The notes below the pieces were generated by a model. That model was not told the origin of the DNA, did no database searches, and saw only the letters and a list, made by a program, of their open reading frames with translations. From contig NC_092676.1 in NCBI RefSeq assembly GCF_964355755.1, positions 1,989,788 to 2,053,787 of the forward strand: DNA of 64,000 nt, read 5' to 3'. Each line of letters begins with the position of its first letter. Position 1 is the stretch's first letter. The position numbers were made by a program, and so were the translations under genes. The DNA comes from Antedon mediterranea. Taxonomy: Eukaryota > Animalia > Echinodermata. Below, in pieces: positions 12,049 to 25,029 of the stretch.

Positions 12049-12959
12049 CTTGAAAAACCTTTGTAATGATGCAATTTGTGAAAATCCAACCTTTAAATTC
12101 CGATGCGGTCAGAGACGAAGTTGTGTTTGCAACGTCTTTTTACAGTACAGAAACATAGAAAATATATTTACTTTATTTGAGTTTGTTTTTTTGCTACAAT
12201 AACAAAACTAATTTTATGGCGAAACTTATAAAGATTTAACTTTAATATACGTAGTGTTTGACAAGTTATCTCATAATTGCTTCTGTTATATTATCAAGGA
12301 GTTGTGTTTTTGCTACAATAACAAAACTAATTTCAGTGAAATATTGATACTGATTGACAATAATATTTAGCATAATTGTTTATTTGTCTTCTGTACTGTA
12401 GCTAGTTTTAATCTCTTTCAACTAAATGCTCTTGTTTTAGCTTTCTAATCGCATCTCATTTTATTTCAGTTTATTGAATTTTTAAAATAACAGTGGACTT
12501 AAATTTAAAAAGTTACCAGAAAACAATATGAAGATTTAACCCAAGAAAGTTTTAAAAGAAAATATTATTTCTATTGAGGTCCTCACAGTCTATCCAATTT
12601 TACTACCTGCAATCTCAATGTTGTGGAAGATCAAAGCATACAGATAAACAGTACAATAGTGGCCTATGTTTATGTTATATTATTAGAAGTACTGGATTAG
12701 AAACAATGTTGGTTTCGGTTTTGAAAATGTTAAACTTTACATTATCTTGACCTGTATGTAGATTAATAATAATATCATCCATCAAAAGCCCTATACTAAT
12801 ATAGTAAACAATGCAATCTATGTCTTTGAAGAGAAATATTATATTGTATATAAGCCTGACATTTGTTCATTTACCAAGGAACAAACTATTCATGCAGACA
12901 AAAGAAGAAGGTTTATATTAAAATATCATAGACGGACAATAGATACATAATAGACTAAA

Positions 12960-13230
12960 CTTATGTTTCTCTACTCATCGATTAACTCCCTAAACCCACC
13001 TCAATTTACAAATTTATTCCAACCAAACGCATCTTTTCACAATTATAGAACTCGAACTGTACAGGATATGCATATCCCTCTTCATAAAAAAACATCATTT
13101 CAATATAACATAAGATTTAGTGGACCTAAACTATGGAATAAACTACCTTCAAATATTAAAGTTGCTGTATCTAAGAAAAGCTTTTCATTTAAACTTAAAA
13201 GATATATCACATCCAAGTATTAATTTTTAT
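12960..13230 (+). mobile_element. CR1/L2-group LINE 3'-end fragment
   Basis: ORF 12963-13223 reads HNYRTR...FSGPKLWNKLPSNIK..S..SF..KLKRY, the typical C-terminus of CR1/L2-group ORF2. Confidence 0.75.
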
Positions 13231-13892
13231 TATATTACATTTTATGATAATAATTTTAATCATATTACCTTTCTTTACACCATTTTGTAGACTGTTTTAT
13301 TTTTAAGAAAATAAATGTTACTTTGAATCGAATATGTATGTATACTGTACATTCAGTTATTGTTATTTACATATTTATTCTCTTATTGTAAATTACACAT
13401 ACTAATATAATAATAATAAATACTTTATTTTAACACGGAAAAGCTTGTGTCACTATAAAGGTGTTCTTCTACAAGGCCGCGATCAACTAACAGTAATACA
13501 TTACAAATTTAAAAATAACAAATGAGAGAACAAAATATATACAGTAAACAGAAACATTAATTACATTTATGCTAGGAGTACAAAATAAATTACACCAATA
13601 ATTTTTTTAAAGTATTTAAATTTGTGGCATTTTTCTTTACGGGAGCCCGGTACCTGATGATTGAAGAGTGATTTTTATCACCTTCATGTAAAGTCTGCAG
13701 TTTGCAATAACATGTTGACATTTTAACCGAGTCATTTATTTATCTATATTGTATACAGTGTATTATAACCTTGCCTTTTTTCTAAATAAATTTAATTAAA
13801 TATCATTTTCCATTGATATTTAATGTTATTGATACATATTTTCAAATTATTAGGAATTCAGTGGGCCTACAAATTAATACAGTTTTTCAATA

Positions 13893-15272
13893 TTATTTAT
13901 GACATCCTCTATCATCATTTCTTGCATTTTGTAATCTCTTCTTTTCAATCACAGTGTCAGAGCTAACATACAACTGTTCAGCTCGTTCTGCTGTCTCTCT
14001 GTTATCAATTCTTGCATTTTGTAACCTCTTCTTTTCAATCACAGTGTCAGAGCTAACATAGAACTGTTCAGCTTGTTCTGCTGTCTGTCTGTTCTCATTT
14101 CTTGCATTTTGTAACTTCTTGTTTTCAATCACAATGTCCGAGTTAACATACAACTGTTCAGCTTGTTCTGCTGTTTTGTCATCAACTGAACAGGGAACCT
14201 CGTCTTCTTCATTTATTTGCAGAACATCAGATGTGTTTCCCGCACTAATTGTGTCAGCGCTTCTTTGAAAGTGCACAACTGGTGCTGGTGTGTTGTGATG
14301 TTTTCTCTTTTGTTGTTCATAAAAACACACAACACACACAAGTACAGCTATCCATATGATGTTACTTGTTACCAGTAGTATTTTTATTTTAGGCTTCTTG
14401 GTATTAGTATCTTGAATTGTGAATGCTATCTCATTAGATCTGTTCTGAACATCAGTACTCACCAGACACTTCACAGTGTAGTCACCAGCTGGTAAATTAC
14501 TAAAGCATCTTTCATCTGTCTCTAGCTGGTCATCATTCTCTGTCAATTCTTCCTTATTCAAACTCCAATTATACATTTTCTTGTCATCAGATCCACCTTC
14601 TGCATAGCACTTAAAGCAATGCTGGTTCACATCAATTTGAGGTGTTTCAGAGTATAACCTTTTAACATCCACCTTTAATTGAAGGTGAACTGTCAATATC
14701 AATGTGTAGCAGTAAATATTTCTATTTTTTAAAATGCAGTAGAAAAATACCCCTTCTCCAGAATGAAAACCTTTTAAAGTCTGATTAATTGTAACAGTGT
14801 CAGTATTTGTATGAAGAGTCTGTGTAATGTTGTGCTTTCTTTGGATCCAACCAATTGTCACTTTATAATTGATGTTACGATTTCTGTTCATGTTACATGA
14901 AATATTTAATTCCTCTCCTTTAATGATGTCTTTCATATTGTCACAGTAAAGTTTTACAAGTTTTGGTTGAACTGCAAACCATACCTGTACATTGGACGTC
15001 GGATTCAAATATTGTAATCTATCCTTTTGACATGTGTATATTCCTGTTTTGTTACCAAAAGAAATAAAAAGTGAACATTTAACTGCAACATCTTTTCCAC
15101 CCACATGAACTATGTTCTGTTTACTTGACGATATAATTCTCACATTTATTTTGGAGTTTGATGAGTAATAAAATCTTCTTTCAAATTTCACCAACTTTTT
15201 TGACGCTCCATGTCTGAATATCAACAACCAGGTCACAAGTACAATAATGATATTAAGGAATTTCAAATTCAT
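13893..15272 (-). CDS. Receptor R4: intact Ig-like type-I membrane receptor (459 aa), short stalk, 3 Tyr repeats with 30-aa spacing
   Basis: Complete ORF; short stalk IQDTNTKKPK; proximal Tyr replaced (DEVPCSV); 90-bp repeat period (cttgcatttt at 13921, 14011, 14101). Confidence 0.9.
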   Translation of the reverse strand: MNLKFLNIIIVLVTWLLIFRHGASKKLVKFERRFYYSSNSKINVRIISSSKQNIVHVGGKDVAVKCSLFISFGNKTGIYTCQKDRLQYLNPTSNVQVWFAVQPKLVKLYCDNMKDIIKGEELNISCNMNRNRNINYKVTIGWIQRKHNITQTLHTNTDTVTINQTLKGFHSGEGVFFYCILKNRNIYCYTLILTVHLQLKVDVKRLYSETPQIDVNQHCFKCYAEGGSDDKKMYNWSLNKEELTENDDQLETDERCFSNLPAGDYTVKCLVSTDVQNRSNEIAFTIQDTNTKKPKIKILLVTSNIIWIAVLVCVVCFYEQQKRKHHNTPAPVVHFQRSADTISAGNTSDVLQINEEDEVPCSVDDKTAEQAEQLYVNSDIVIENKKLQNARNENRQTAEQAEQFYVSSDTVIEKKRLQNARIDNRETAERAEQLYVSSDTVIEKKRLQNARNDDRGCHK

Positions 15273-16247
15273 CTTTAGAACTTCTCTGTCTTGATGCAGT
15301 TTATAATAACCAACTCCAAGTCCAAATGTGGTAAGAGACTGAATGTGTTTGTAATAGTGTATACCAACAAGGAAGAATATACTTCAAGGGTTTGTTAAAG
15401 GTTTTTAACAGGAAGTCTTTAAAGGAAAGTTTATGCCAAGAAGATAGAATATGATTTTTGCTACTATAAAATTTGTGCATTTTGTGAAATGAAAAATTTA
15501 CAGCTTTACAACAGCTTTACCTAATAATACTAGATGTGTCATCCCACAAACACAAAATAATCCGTCTTTTAGCAACCACCTACTTTAATTTGATTATCAA
15601 TATGCCTACTGATTGTTTGTGTTTTAATAATAGTACATTCGGTAATTTAAGGAAGTACGTTATTGGATATTATAAGCTCTCCCATTACAATATTTAAAAC
15701 TAAATTGTTTAGATTGAATGCTATACGGATATTTTAACGTGTTTTTTTTTCATTATGTGAACTTGTTGGTTTCCTTCTTGTTATATGATCTTGATTTAAT
15801 CATGTTGTTTGTAGATTTAAACAATTGAAAAAAAAAAACAAAATACAAGTTTTCAATATTATTCTGTTGCTAAATTTTATTTATTTGTACAAGACTATTT
15901 GCAAGCTTTTTACATTTGAAGCATAAGTAACATTTAAGTTTTTTTACATCACAGCATGGACATATAACATTATGTATTTTCATCATGTTCTGCTGTGTCA
16001 TTAATTTCATAGTAAACCTCCTCTTCCGCATTTGTCTGTAGAACATCACATGAATTCTCACCCACATTGGCACCACTGTTTCTTTGATAGTACACAGCAG
16101 GTTCCCCTCTGAATGAGAACGTATTTATTCTATCTATTTTTCCTGTGGAATGTTACAATCACAGTGTCAGAGCTAACATAGTCTCTCTGTTCTCATTTCT
16201 TTAATCCTCTTCTTTTCAATGACAGTGTCTAACATAGGTTAATTTAA

Positions 16248-17402
16248 TTATTCTGCTGTATGATCATCAATTGAACAGTAAATCTCATTCTTTTCAATGG
16301 TTTGCGAAACATTCAAAGTGTCACCAACACTAATTGTGTCATTATTACTTTGAAAGTGCACAACAGGTACAGGTGTGTTGCGATAGTTTCTCTTCTGTTG
16401 TTCATAACAACACACAACAAACACAAGTAAAACTATCAGTAGGCCTATGATAGTGCTTGTTACAAATATTATGGTTATTTGATTAGTGTTCTTGCATTTT
16501 GTCGGCATGCCAAATTTGATATCTTGAAATGTTGTTATTCTTTCGGTTACATCTTTGATTGTGAATGCTAACTCATCAGATCTGTTCTGAACATCAGTAC
16601 TCACCAGACACTTGACAGTGTAGTTACCAGCTTTTAAATTACTAAAGCATCTTTCATCACGTTCATTGTAATTATATTGAGTCATGATCCCCTCTCCTCT
16701 TAGTCCCCAATTATAAATTGTTTTAATACCAGATCCAACTTCTGCATAGCACTTAAAGCAATTCCGGTTCACATCAACTTTAGGTGTTTCATATAACCTT
16801 TGAACCTCTACCATTAATTGAGAGTGAACCATCAATATCAATGTGTAGCAGTAAATACTTATATTGTTTAAAATACAGTAGAAAAATATCCCTTCTCCAG
16901 AATGAAAACCTTTTAAAGTCTGATTAATTGCAACAGTGTCAGTATCTGTACGAAGAGTCCGTGTAATGTTGTATTTTCCTTGGATCCAACCAATTATCAC
17001 TTTATATCGGATGGTATAATTTCTGTTCATTTTACATGAAATATTTAATTCCTCTCCTTTAATGATGTCTTTCATATTGTCACAATAAAGTTTTACACGT
17101 TTTGGTTGAACTGCAAACCATGTTACCTGTACATTGGACGTCGGAACCAAATACTGTAATCTATCCTTTTGACATGTGTATATTCCTGTTTGGTGACCAA
17201 AAGAAATTAGAAGTGGACATTTAACTGCAACATTTTTTCCAACTATTTTCCGTTTACTTGATGTCATTTTCACAGTTATTTTGGAGTTTGATGAGTAATT
17301 AAAACTTCTTTCAAATTTTACCAACTCTTTTGAAGCTCCATGTCTGAATATCAACAACCAGGTCACAAGTACAAAGATGATATTAAGGAATTTCAAATTC
17401 AT
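16248..17402 (-). CDS. Receptor R5: Ig-like type-I membrane receptor (384 aa) with short tail and no in-frame repeats
   Basis: Complete ORF; N-terminal half close to R4; TM IIFVTSTIIGLLIVLLVFVVCCY; NEIYCSI then stop; scrambled repeat relics at about 16155-16235 after the stop. Confidence 0.85.
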   Translation of the reverse strand: MNLKFLNIIFVLVTWLLIFRHGASKELVKFERSFNYSSNSKITVKMTSSKRKIVGKNVAVKCPLLISFGHQTGIYTCQKDRLQYLVPTSNVQVTWFAVQPKRVKLYCDNMKDIIKGEELNISCKMNRNYTIRYKVIIGWIQGKYNITRTLRTDTDTVAINQTLKGFHSGEGIFFYCILNNISIYCYTLILMVHSQLMVEVQRLYETPKVDVNRNCFKCYAEVGSGIKTIYNWGLRGEGIMTQYNYNERDERCFSNLKAGNYTVKCLVSTDVQNRSDELAFTIKDVTERITTFQDIKFGMPTKCKNTNQITIIFVTSTIIGLLIVLLVFVVCCYEQQKRNYRNTPVPVVHFQSNNDTISVGDTLNVSQTIEKNEIYCSIDDHTAE

Positions 17403-18289
17403 CTTTAGAACTTCTCTGTCTTGATGCAGTTTATAATAACCAACTCCAAGTCCAAATGTGGTAAGAGACTGAATGTGTTTGTAATAGTTTACTATACCAA
17501 CAAGGAAGAATATACTTCAAGGGTTTGTTAAAGGTTTTTTACAGGAAGTCTTTAAAGGGAAGTTTATGCCAAGAAGATAGAATATGATTTTTGCTGCTAA
17601 TATTCAAACTATAAAATTTGTGCATTTTGTGAAATAAAAAATTAAACAAAAACAGCTTACTGATAACTGTACCTACAGTTAATACTAGAAATGCGTCATC
17701 CCATCACCACAAACACAAAATAACCCAGTCTTTCAGCAACCGCCTACTTTAATGTGATTATCAATATGCATAACTGATTGTTTGTGTTTTAATAATAGTA
17801 CATTAAGTACATTATAGAGATATTATAGGTTTCGCATTACAATATTTAAAACTAAATTGTTCAGATTGAATCCTGTACGGAAGTTTTAACATTTTTTATT
17901 GCATTATGTGAACTTGTTGCTTTTCTTCTTCTTATACAGTATGATCTTGATTTGTAAATTTAAACAATTGAGAAAAGTTTTCAATTTTCTTTTGCTAAAT
18001 GTTATTTGCAAGCTTTTTATACATTTGAAGCATAACGTAACATTTATGTTTTTTACTAATACCTACTTTAATTTGAAGACAAATAATATTTTCCAACTAC
18101 AAGATACAGTACATCATTATTGTTTTTGTTATATTATTAGTACATTAGGTACTGTATGTCTTGCTTGGTATATAAGGGTGTTGGTTTCTGTGTTTGTTAG
18201 ATTATATTGATTTGATCATGTTGTAGATTCAATTCGCAAACAATCAAACAAACTAATCTGGCGTTTCATAATATATGCTCACCACCCAC

Positions 18290-19370
18290 TCTTTTTTCTT
18301 GCATTTTGTAACCTCTTGTTTTCAATCACAGTGTCAGAGCTAACATAGTCAGTCTGTTCTGCTGTCTCTCTGTTCTGATTTCTTGCATTTTGTAACCTCT
18401 TGTTTTCCTTCACAGTGTCAGAGCTAACATAGTCAGTCTGTTCTGCTGTCTCTCTGTTCTCATTTCTTGCATTTTGTAACCTCTTGTTTTCAATCACAGT
18501 GTCTGAGCTAACATAGTCAGTCTGTTCTGCTGTCTCTCTGTTCTCATTTCTTGCATTTTGTAACCTCTTGTTTTCAATCACAGTGTCAGAGCTAACATAG
18601 TCAGTCTGTTCTGATGTCTCTCTGTTCTCATTTCTTGCATTTTGTAACCTCTTGTTTTCAATCACAGTGTCAGAGCTAACATAGTCAGTCTGTTCTGCTG
18701 TCTCTCTGTTCTCATTTCTTGCATTTTGTAACCTCTTGTTTTCAATCACAGTGTCAGAGCTAACATAGTCAGTCTGTTCTGATGTCTCTCTGTTCTCATT
18801 TCTTGCATTTTGTAACCTCTTCTTTCCAATCACAGTGTCAGAGCTAACATAGTCAGTCTGTTCTGCTGTCTCTTTTTTCTCATTTCTTGCATCTTGTAAC
18901 CTCTTCTTTTCAATGACAGTGTCTGAGCTAACATAGTCAGTCTGTTCTGCTTTCTCTCTGTTCTCATTTCTTGCATTTTGTAATCTCTTCTTTTCAATTA
19001 CAGTGTCTGAGCTAACATTATAGTCAGTCTCTTCTGCTGTCTCTCTGTCCTCATTTCTTGCATTTTGTAATCTCTTCTTTTCAATCACAGTGTCTGAGCT
19101 AACATAGTCAGTCTGTTCTGCTTTCTCTCTGTTCTCATTTCTTGCATTTTTTAACCTCTTGTTTTCAATCACAGTGTCAGAGCTAACATAGTCAGTCTGT
19201 TCTGCTGTCTCTTTGTTCTCATTTCTTGCATCTTGTAACCTCTTCTTTTCAATGACAGTGTCTGAGCTAACATAGTCAGTCTGTTCTGCTTTCTCTCTGT
19301 TCTCATTTCTTGCATTTTGTAACCTTTTCTTTTCAATCACAGTGTCAGAGCTAACATACAACTGTTCAGC
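18290..19370 (-). repeat. Coding minisatellite, 84-bp/28-aa unit TDYVSSDTVIE(K/N)KRLQNARNENRETAEQ, 13 copies (longest array)
   Basis: Counted from the translated ORF; length of about 1080 bp matches 13 x 84 bp. Confidence 0.95.
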
Positions 19371-21374
19371 CTGTTCTGCTGTTCTGTCATCAACTGAACA
19401 GTGAACCTGATCGTCTTCTGCATTCATTTGCAGAACATCAGATGTGTCTCCCGCACTCATTGTGTCAATGTTTCTTTGAAAGTGCACAACTGGTGCTGAT
19501 GTGTTCTGATGTTTTCTCTTTTGTTGTTCATAAAAACACACAACACACACAAGTACAGCTATCAGTATAATGTTACTTGTTACTATTAGTATTGTTATTT
19601 TAGGCTTCTTGGTATTAGTATCTTGAATTGTGAATGCTGACTCATCAGATCTGTTCTGAACATCAGTACTAACCAGACACTTAACAGTGTAGTCACCAGC
19701 TGGTAAATTACTAAAGCATCTTTCATCAGTTTCATTGTAATACTGGTATTCCTCTCCTCTCAAACTCCAATCATAAATTCTCTTGTCACCAGATCCACCT
19801 TCTGCATAGCACTTGAAGCAATTTTGGTTCACATCAACTTCAGGTGTTTCATATAACCTTTTTACTTCTACCTTTAATTTGGGATGAACAGTTAATATCA
19901 ATGTGTAGCAAGTAATCCTATAATTGGTATTGGTAAATTTAATTGAAGTACAGTAGACAAATATTCCCTCTCCAGAATGAAAACCTTCAAAAGTCTGATT
20001 AACTGTAGTATTCTTAGTTTCTGCATTATGAAACTGTGTAATGTTGTGTTTTCCTTGGATCCAACTTATTGTGACATTAGTTATGATGTTATATCTCTTG
20101 ATGATGTCACATGACATATTTACTTCCTCTCCTTCAATCATATCTTTCATTTCATCACAATAAAGTTTTACATACTTTGGTTGACTTCTTCTCCATGTTA
20201 CATTTGATGAAGGAACTAAATATTGTAAACTATCATCATCTTGACATGTGTGTATTCCTTTTTTGTGATCAAAAGAAATGAAAAGTTGGCAGTTGACATT
20301 TTTTCCAGTCAAATAAAAGGCTCTTTACTGTTTACTTGATGGTGTAATTGTCACAGGTTGCTTAGTGTAAGATTTCATTAGGCGCAGGAGCCCCGGATAG
20401 CGTTACGTTTGAAAACCCCAAAAAGTGAGGTTTTCAACCATTAGCGGCATGACTGATGTGAGTGATTAATGTGTTTTACGGACGGTTTCAAGGACTATCC
20501 TACCAGTGGGCTGTTCACTGGTCAAATGATTGACACTTTGTATCACCGTTTGTAACTGGAGCTGTGACGACCTTTGTAACTGGAGCTGTGACGACCTTGC
20601 AAGAATACTAGGCCAGAATTTTTAATTGAAAAGTGCCTTGGTATTAACAATAACATGGAGATGGAAACAAATTTGTCTATCTTTCTTTCTAAAATAAATG
20701 GTCACTATAGTTTCAAACTAGGCTTAGTCCACCACATTAGTAATTACGAATCGAAACCTAAATTAAAATTGTTGGTATTCTTTGGCCGTTGTTTGATTAA
20801 TTACATCTTCATGCCATGTTTTTTTTTTTCTCTAATGATTTGGCGATACGCTCCTATATTAATTAGGCCTACTAGCAGAGGGTTCGATGAGTTTTGAAAA
20901 GTTATGGAAATGTGGTCTAACATATAGCAATTCAGTTTTTTAAGGCCCTTCTTCCTTGTCCGAGCCTTTGGAAATATTAAAAAGTTATATTAATATAATA
21001 TATTCTGTGTTTTCATGTTTTGAGAAATTGTATATCATTTCAGATGTTTCGCGCTGCGCTTTTATTTGTTTCGCGCTTCGTCTAGTTCGAGCTTCCTCCG
21101 TACATACCGATAATTAATATGATTTTTCATTTCATTTTTTGTACATCATTAACAAATAGCATACAGAACCCCATACAGAACATACCCTTCTCTGAGAAAA
21201 CACTTGTGGGCGATTCCCCGAATACGACATGATGGAATAGCTTTGGAGACTTTGACTTTGGAGTAGGCCTAAATCGAAACGTCAAGCAACTCAACAGTTC
21301 TTTTCAGAACTAATATAGGCCTACGTGGTGTACCGCAAATTTATTTCAACAAATATGTAACTTGTTTAGCACGT

Positions 21375-22740
21375 TTAAAATGGATAGCAAACCATATTTT
21401 TAAAAAAAACCTGAATTATTTCAAACAGACAGCACATTAGTTCAAACAGATAGCACAATAGATAGCTCAATCAAATGGATGATATAACTGTACTGTGCAT
21501 TCTATACGGATTATCGGGTAGCACGTTCTTTCAAATGGATAGCACATTTTTTCAAATGGATACTGTAGCACATTCTTTCAAATGGATAGCACATTATTTC
21601 AAATGGATAGCACATTAGGTAGCACAATCAAATGGATATAGTACTGTACATTATTCTATGATTATCGGGTAGCACATTCTTTCAAATGGATAGCACATTA
21701 GGCCTATTTCAAATGGATAGCACATTCTTTCAAATGGATAGCACATTATTTCAAATGGATAGCACATTATTTCAAATGGATAGCACATTATTTCAAATGG
21801 ATAGCACATTGGGTAGCACAATCAAATAGATATAGTACTGTACATTATTCTATAAGGATTATCGGGTAGCACATTATTTCAAATGGATAGCACATTATGT
21901 AGCACAATCAAATGGATATAGTACTGTACATTATTCTATACGGATTATCGGGTAGCACAGTCTTTCAAATGGATAGCACATTAGGTAGCACAGTCAAATG
22001 GATATAGTACTGTACATTATTCTATACGGATTATCGGGTAGCACATTCTTTCAAATGGATAGAAAATTATTTCAAATGGATAGCACATTCTTTCAAATGG
22101 ATAGCACATTATTTCAAATGGATAGCACATTATTTCAAATGGATAGCACATTAGGTAGCACAATCAAATGGATGTAATTGTACTGTACATTATTCTATAC
22201 GGATTATCGGGTAGCACATTCTTTCAAATAGCACATTATTTCAAATGGATAGCACATTATTTCAAATGGATAGCACATTGGGTAGCACAATCAAATGGAT
22301 ATAGTACTGTACATTATTCTATAAGGATTATCGGGTAGCACATTATTTCAAATGGATAGCACATTAGGTAGCACAATCAAATGGATATAATTGTACTGTA
22401 CATTATTCTATAGCCTACGGATTATCGGGTAGCACATTCTTTCAAATGGATAGCACATTCTTTCAAATGGATAGCACATTGGGTAGCACAATTAAATGGA
22501 TCATAGTACTGTACTGTACATTATTCTATACGGATTATCGGGTAGCACATTCTTTCAAATGGATAGCACATTATTTCAAATGGATAGCACATTAGGTAGC
22601 ACAATCAAATGGATATAATTGTACTGTACATTATTCTATACGGATTATCGGGTAGCACATTCTTTCAAATGGATAGCAAATTATTTCAAATGGATAGCAT
22701 GGATTTGGGTAGCACAATCAAATTGAGCACATTGGGTAAC
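21375..22740. repeat. Composite tandem repeat (about 20-bp TCAAATGGATAGCACATTAT/CTT units interleaved with a longer GTACTGTACATTATTCTATACGGATTATCGGGTAGCAC unit)
   Basis: Directly visible; lies inside the TIR element. Confidence 0.9.
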
Positions 22741-22779
22741 GCATTGCATCAAATGGGAGCCTACTGTACAGTTATTCTA

Positions 22780-22955
22780 TTGAATTGAATTGAAATATAT
22801 ATTTATACTGGGTAACCTCTTCAGTCAAAGACTGGTCTCCCAGGGGGCTCAGTTGGTGATCAGTGGCTGTGATGTACTAATACACCGGGGTAACCCCCCA
22901 CTCGTCTCGAAAGATGTACTAGGTTCTTTAAAGTACACACGAGCTAGATGTGTAT
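22780..22955 (-). mobile_element. SINE 3' fragment (same family as 63195-63480)
   Basis: Shares ctcttcagtcaaagactg..gatcagtggctgtgatgta..ctcgtctcgaaagat and a (GAATT)n tail with the copy at 63195-63480. Confidence 0.75.
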
Positions 22956-24619
22956 TCTATTAACGGGTGTAGCACATTAAAATTGAGAGGATAAGATGGA
23001 CATCATAATTTATTATTAAGGGGAAAAACAGCAAATCCTTACTGAGGGGACACTCCTATAAAGCGGACATTAAGGGGACGGGGAACATTTAAGCTCAGTG
23101 CCAATGTTCACTCAATATATTTTCCATCACAAAATAACAAAAAAGACGAAATATTTATATCCATTTATCGTTATTAAATAAAAATGGATATCATGATAAT
23201 TATGATACTTTGTTTGTCTTGAAAGTTTTCATTGGTGAAACGTTGCCTGCTACATTTTGAATTTCCGAGTCCAGATCAGTATTGGTATTGGTTTTCCGTG
23301 ATCTATTCTAACTAATGAAACAATTTTTAGAAAATGATATATCTGATAGATATCATCTAAGTGATGTTTTACATATAAGTTATAACGTTTAACTTTTCAT
23401 TCTCCATACATTCAATTCTTTTAATATAGTTCTTGTATAACACCATATCAAGTAGTAGTAGAAATTGTTGAATTGAAGGGTTTTCTTATTATTCAGTCAA
23501 TTCAGTGTTTCTATACAGAAAAGAGTAGTCAGTGGCCTTAACATCAATTAATTGTATAATTTGCACCCAAGGTCGAATAGCAAGAAACTCAGGTCCAGTT
23601 ACATTGGTGTTCATTGGTCAATAGGAAATGAACAGCACACTTATGGGTGGTGACAAAGTTTAGTTATTGATAAGTTGTCCTTGGGAAAAACACATTAGTT
23701 GGGTTGACCATGGGCTGACAGAGTTAACGACTTCGTAACGCTATCCGGGGCTCCTGCGCCTAATGGTAATAAAACCTACTTTCAAATTGTACCAACTGTC
23801 GTGATGCTACTCCATGTCTGAATATCAACATCCAGGTCACCATTGGGCCTACAAAGATGATATTAAGGAATTTCAAAGCCATCTTTAACCTATTGATACA
23901 GTTTATAAATAACCAACTAAATAACCAGACGTCGTCAGAGACTGAGTTTGTAATAGTGTACAATACTAAGAAGGAAGAATATACTTAGGGAATTTTACAG
24001 GAAGTCTTTAAAGGAAAGTTTATGTCAAGAAGATACAGTAGAATATGATTTTTGCTGTTAATATTCAAACTGTAAAATGTGTGCATTTTGTGAAATGAAA
24101 AGTTAAACAAAAACAGCTTACTGGTATTAACTGTACCTACAGTTAATACTAGAAATGTGTAATCCCACCACCAGAAATACAAAATAACCCTGTCGTTTAG
24201 CAACCACCTACTTTAACTTGATTGTCAAGATGGTTCATAAAATGTTTGTGTTATATTATTTATAGTACATTAAGTACAGTAATTTAAGGAAGTACATTAT
24301 AGAGATATTATAGGTTTCTCATTACAATATTTAAAACTAAATTGTTTAGATTGAATCCTGTACGGAAGTTTAAAATTTTTTTTTTTTTGCATTATGTGAA
24401 CTTGTTGCTTTCCTTCTTGTTATATAATCTTGATTTAATCATGTTGTTTGTATATTTAAACAATTGAAAAAAAAAAATACAGGTTTTCAATATTCTGTTG
24501 CTAAATTATATTTATTTGTACAAGACAATTTGCAGGCTTTATACATTTGAAGCATAAAGTAACATTTGTGTTTTTTACATCACAGCATGGACATATAACA
24601 TCTATGTTAATTTGTCGTT

Positions 24620-24960
24620 AATTGCATAGTAAACCTCCTCTTCTGCATTTGTCTGTAGAACATCAGATGAATTCTCACCCACACTTGCATCCCTGTTTCT
24701 TTGATAGTACACAGCAGGTTGTGATGTGTGTTTGTGCAATCATCAGTATAATATTACTTGTTAGTATTATTTGTTACTTAATTAGTATCCATGGTTGGCG
24801 TGGTATAATTGATATCTTGAGTTGTTGTCTTCATTCTTTCTGTTTTGCATTGTACCGTACCTTCAATTGTGCCTTGGAGTGTTGTCATCCTCTTTGTTGG
24901 CATGATGACATCTTTAATTTTGAATGCTGTCTCGTCATGAGGTGGTTTCTCGAAAGATTG
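24620..24960 (-). pseudogene. Receptor remnant (stalk/TM/tail relic)
   Basis: The reverse strand gives DETAFKIKDVIMPTKRMTTLQG.., then TM-like and tail-like degenerate sequence. Confidence 0.6.
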
Positions 24961-25029
24961 TAAAATCAAAAACGGTACTGGGTATCACCAACTAGCATAG
25001 CTAACATAAAAATGTTCATTTTATTCATC

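Larger units (their letters stand above)
20376..23765. mobile_element. Non-autonomous TIR element (32-bp perfect TIRs), no TSD detectable
   Basis: Left end CATTAGGCGCAGGAGCCCCGGATAGCGTTACG; right end CGTAACGCTATCCGGGGCTCCTGCGCCTAATG; no long ORF; carries an internal satellite and a SINE fragment. Confidence 0.9.
18279..23882 (-). pseudogene. Receptor R6: disrupted by a 3.4-kb TIR element and a nonsense codon; 13 Tyr repeats
   Basis: The 5' part 23882-23766 (MALKFLNIIF...QFESRFYY) rejoins 20375 (KSYTKQ...) in frame once the insertion is removed. TAA at 20327-20325 replaces the TAC of R2. The remainder (ORF 18279-20312) is open. Confidence 0.85.

Noticed and set aside
18279-20312. 677-aa ORF as a complete functional gene
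   Set aside because: It starts at TTG and lacks the signal peptide, which is separated by the TIR element and an in-frame TAA.
21375-22740. CRISPR-like repeat/spacer appearance
   Set aside because: The intervening segments are themselves repeated, the context is eukaryotic, and no cas genes are present.
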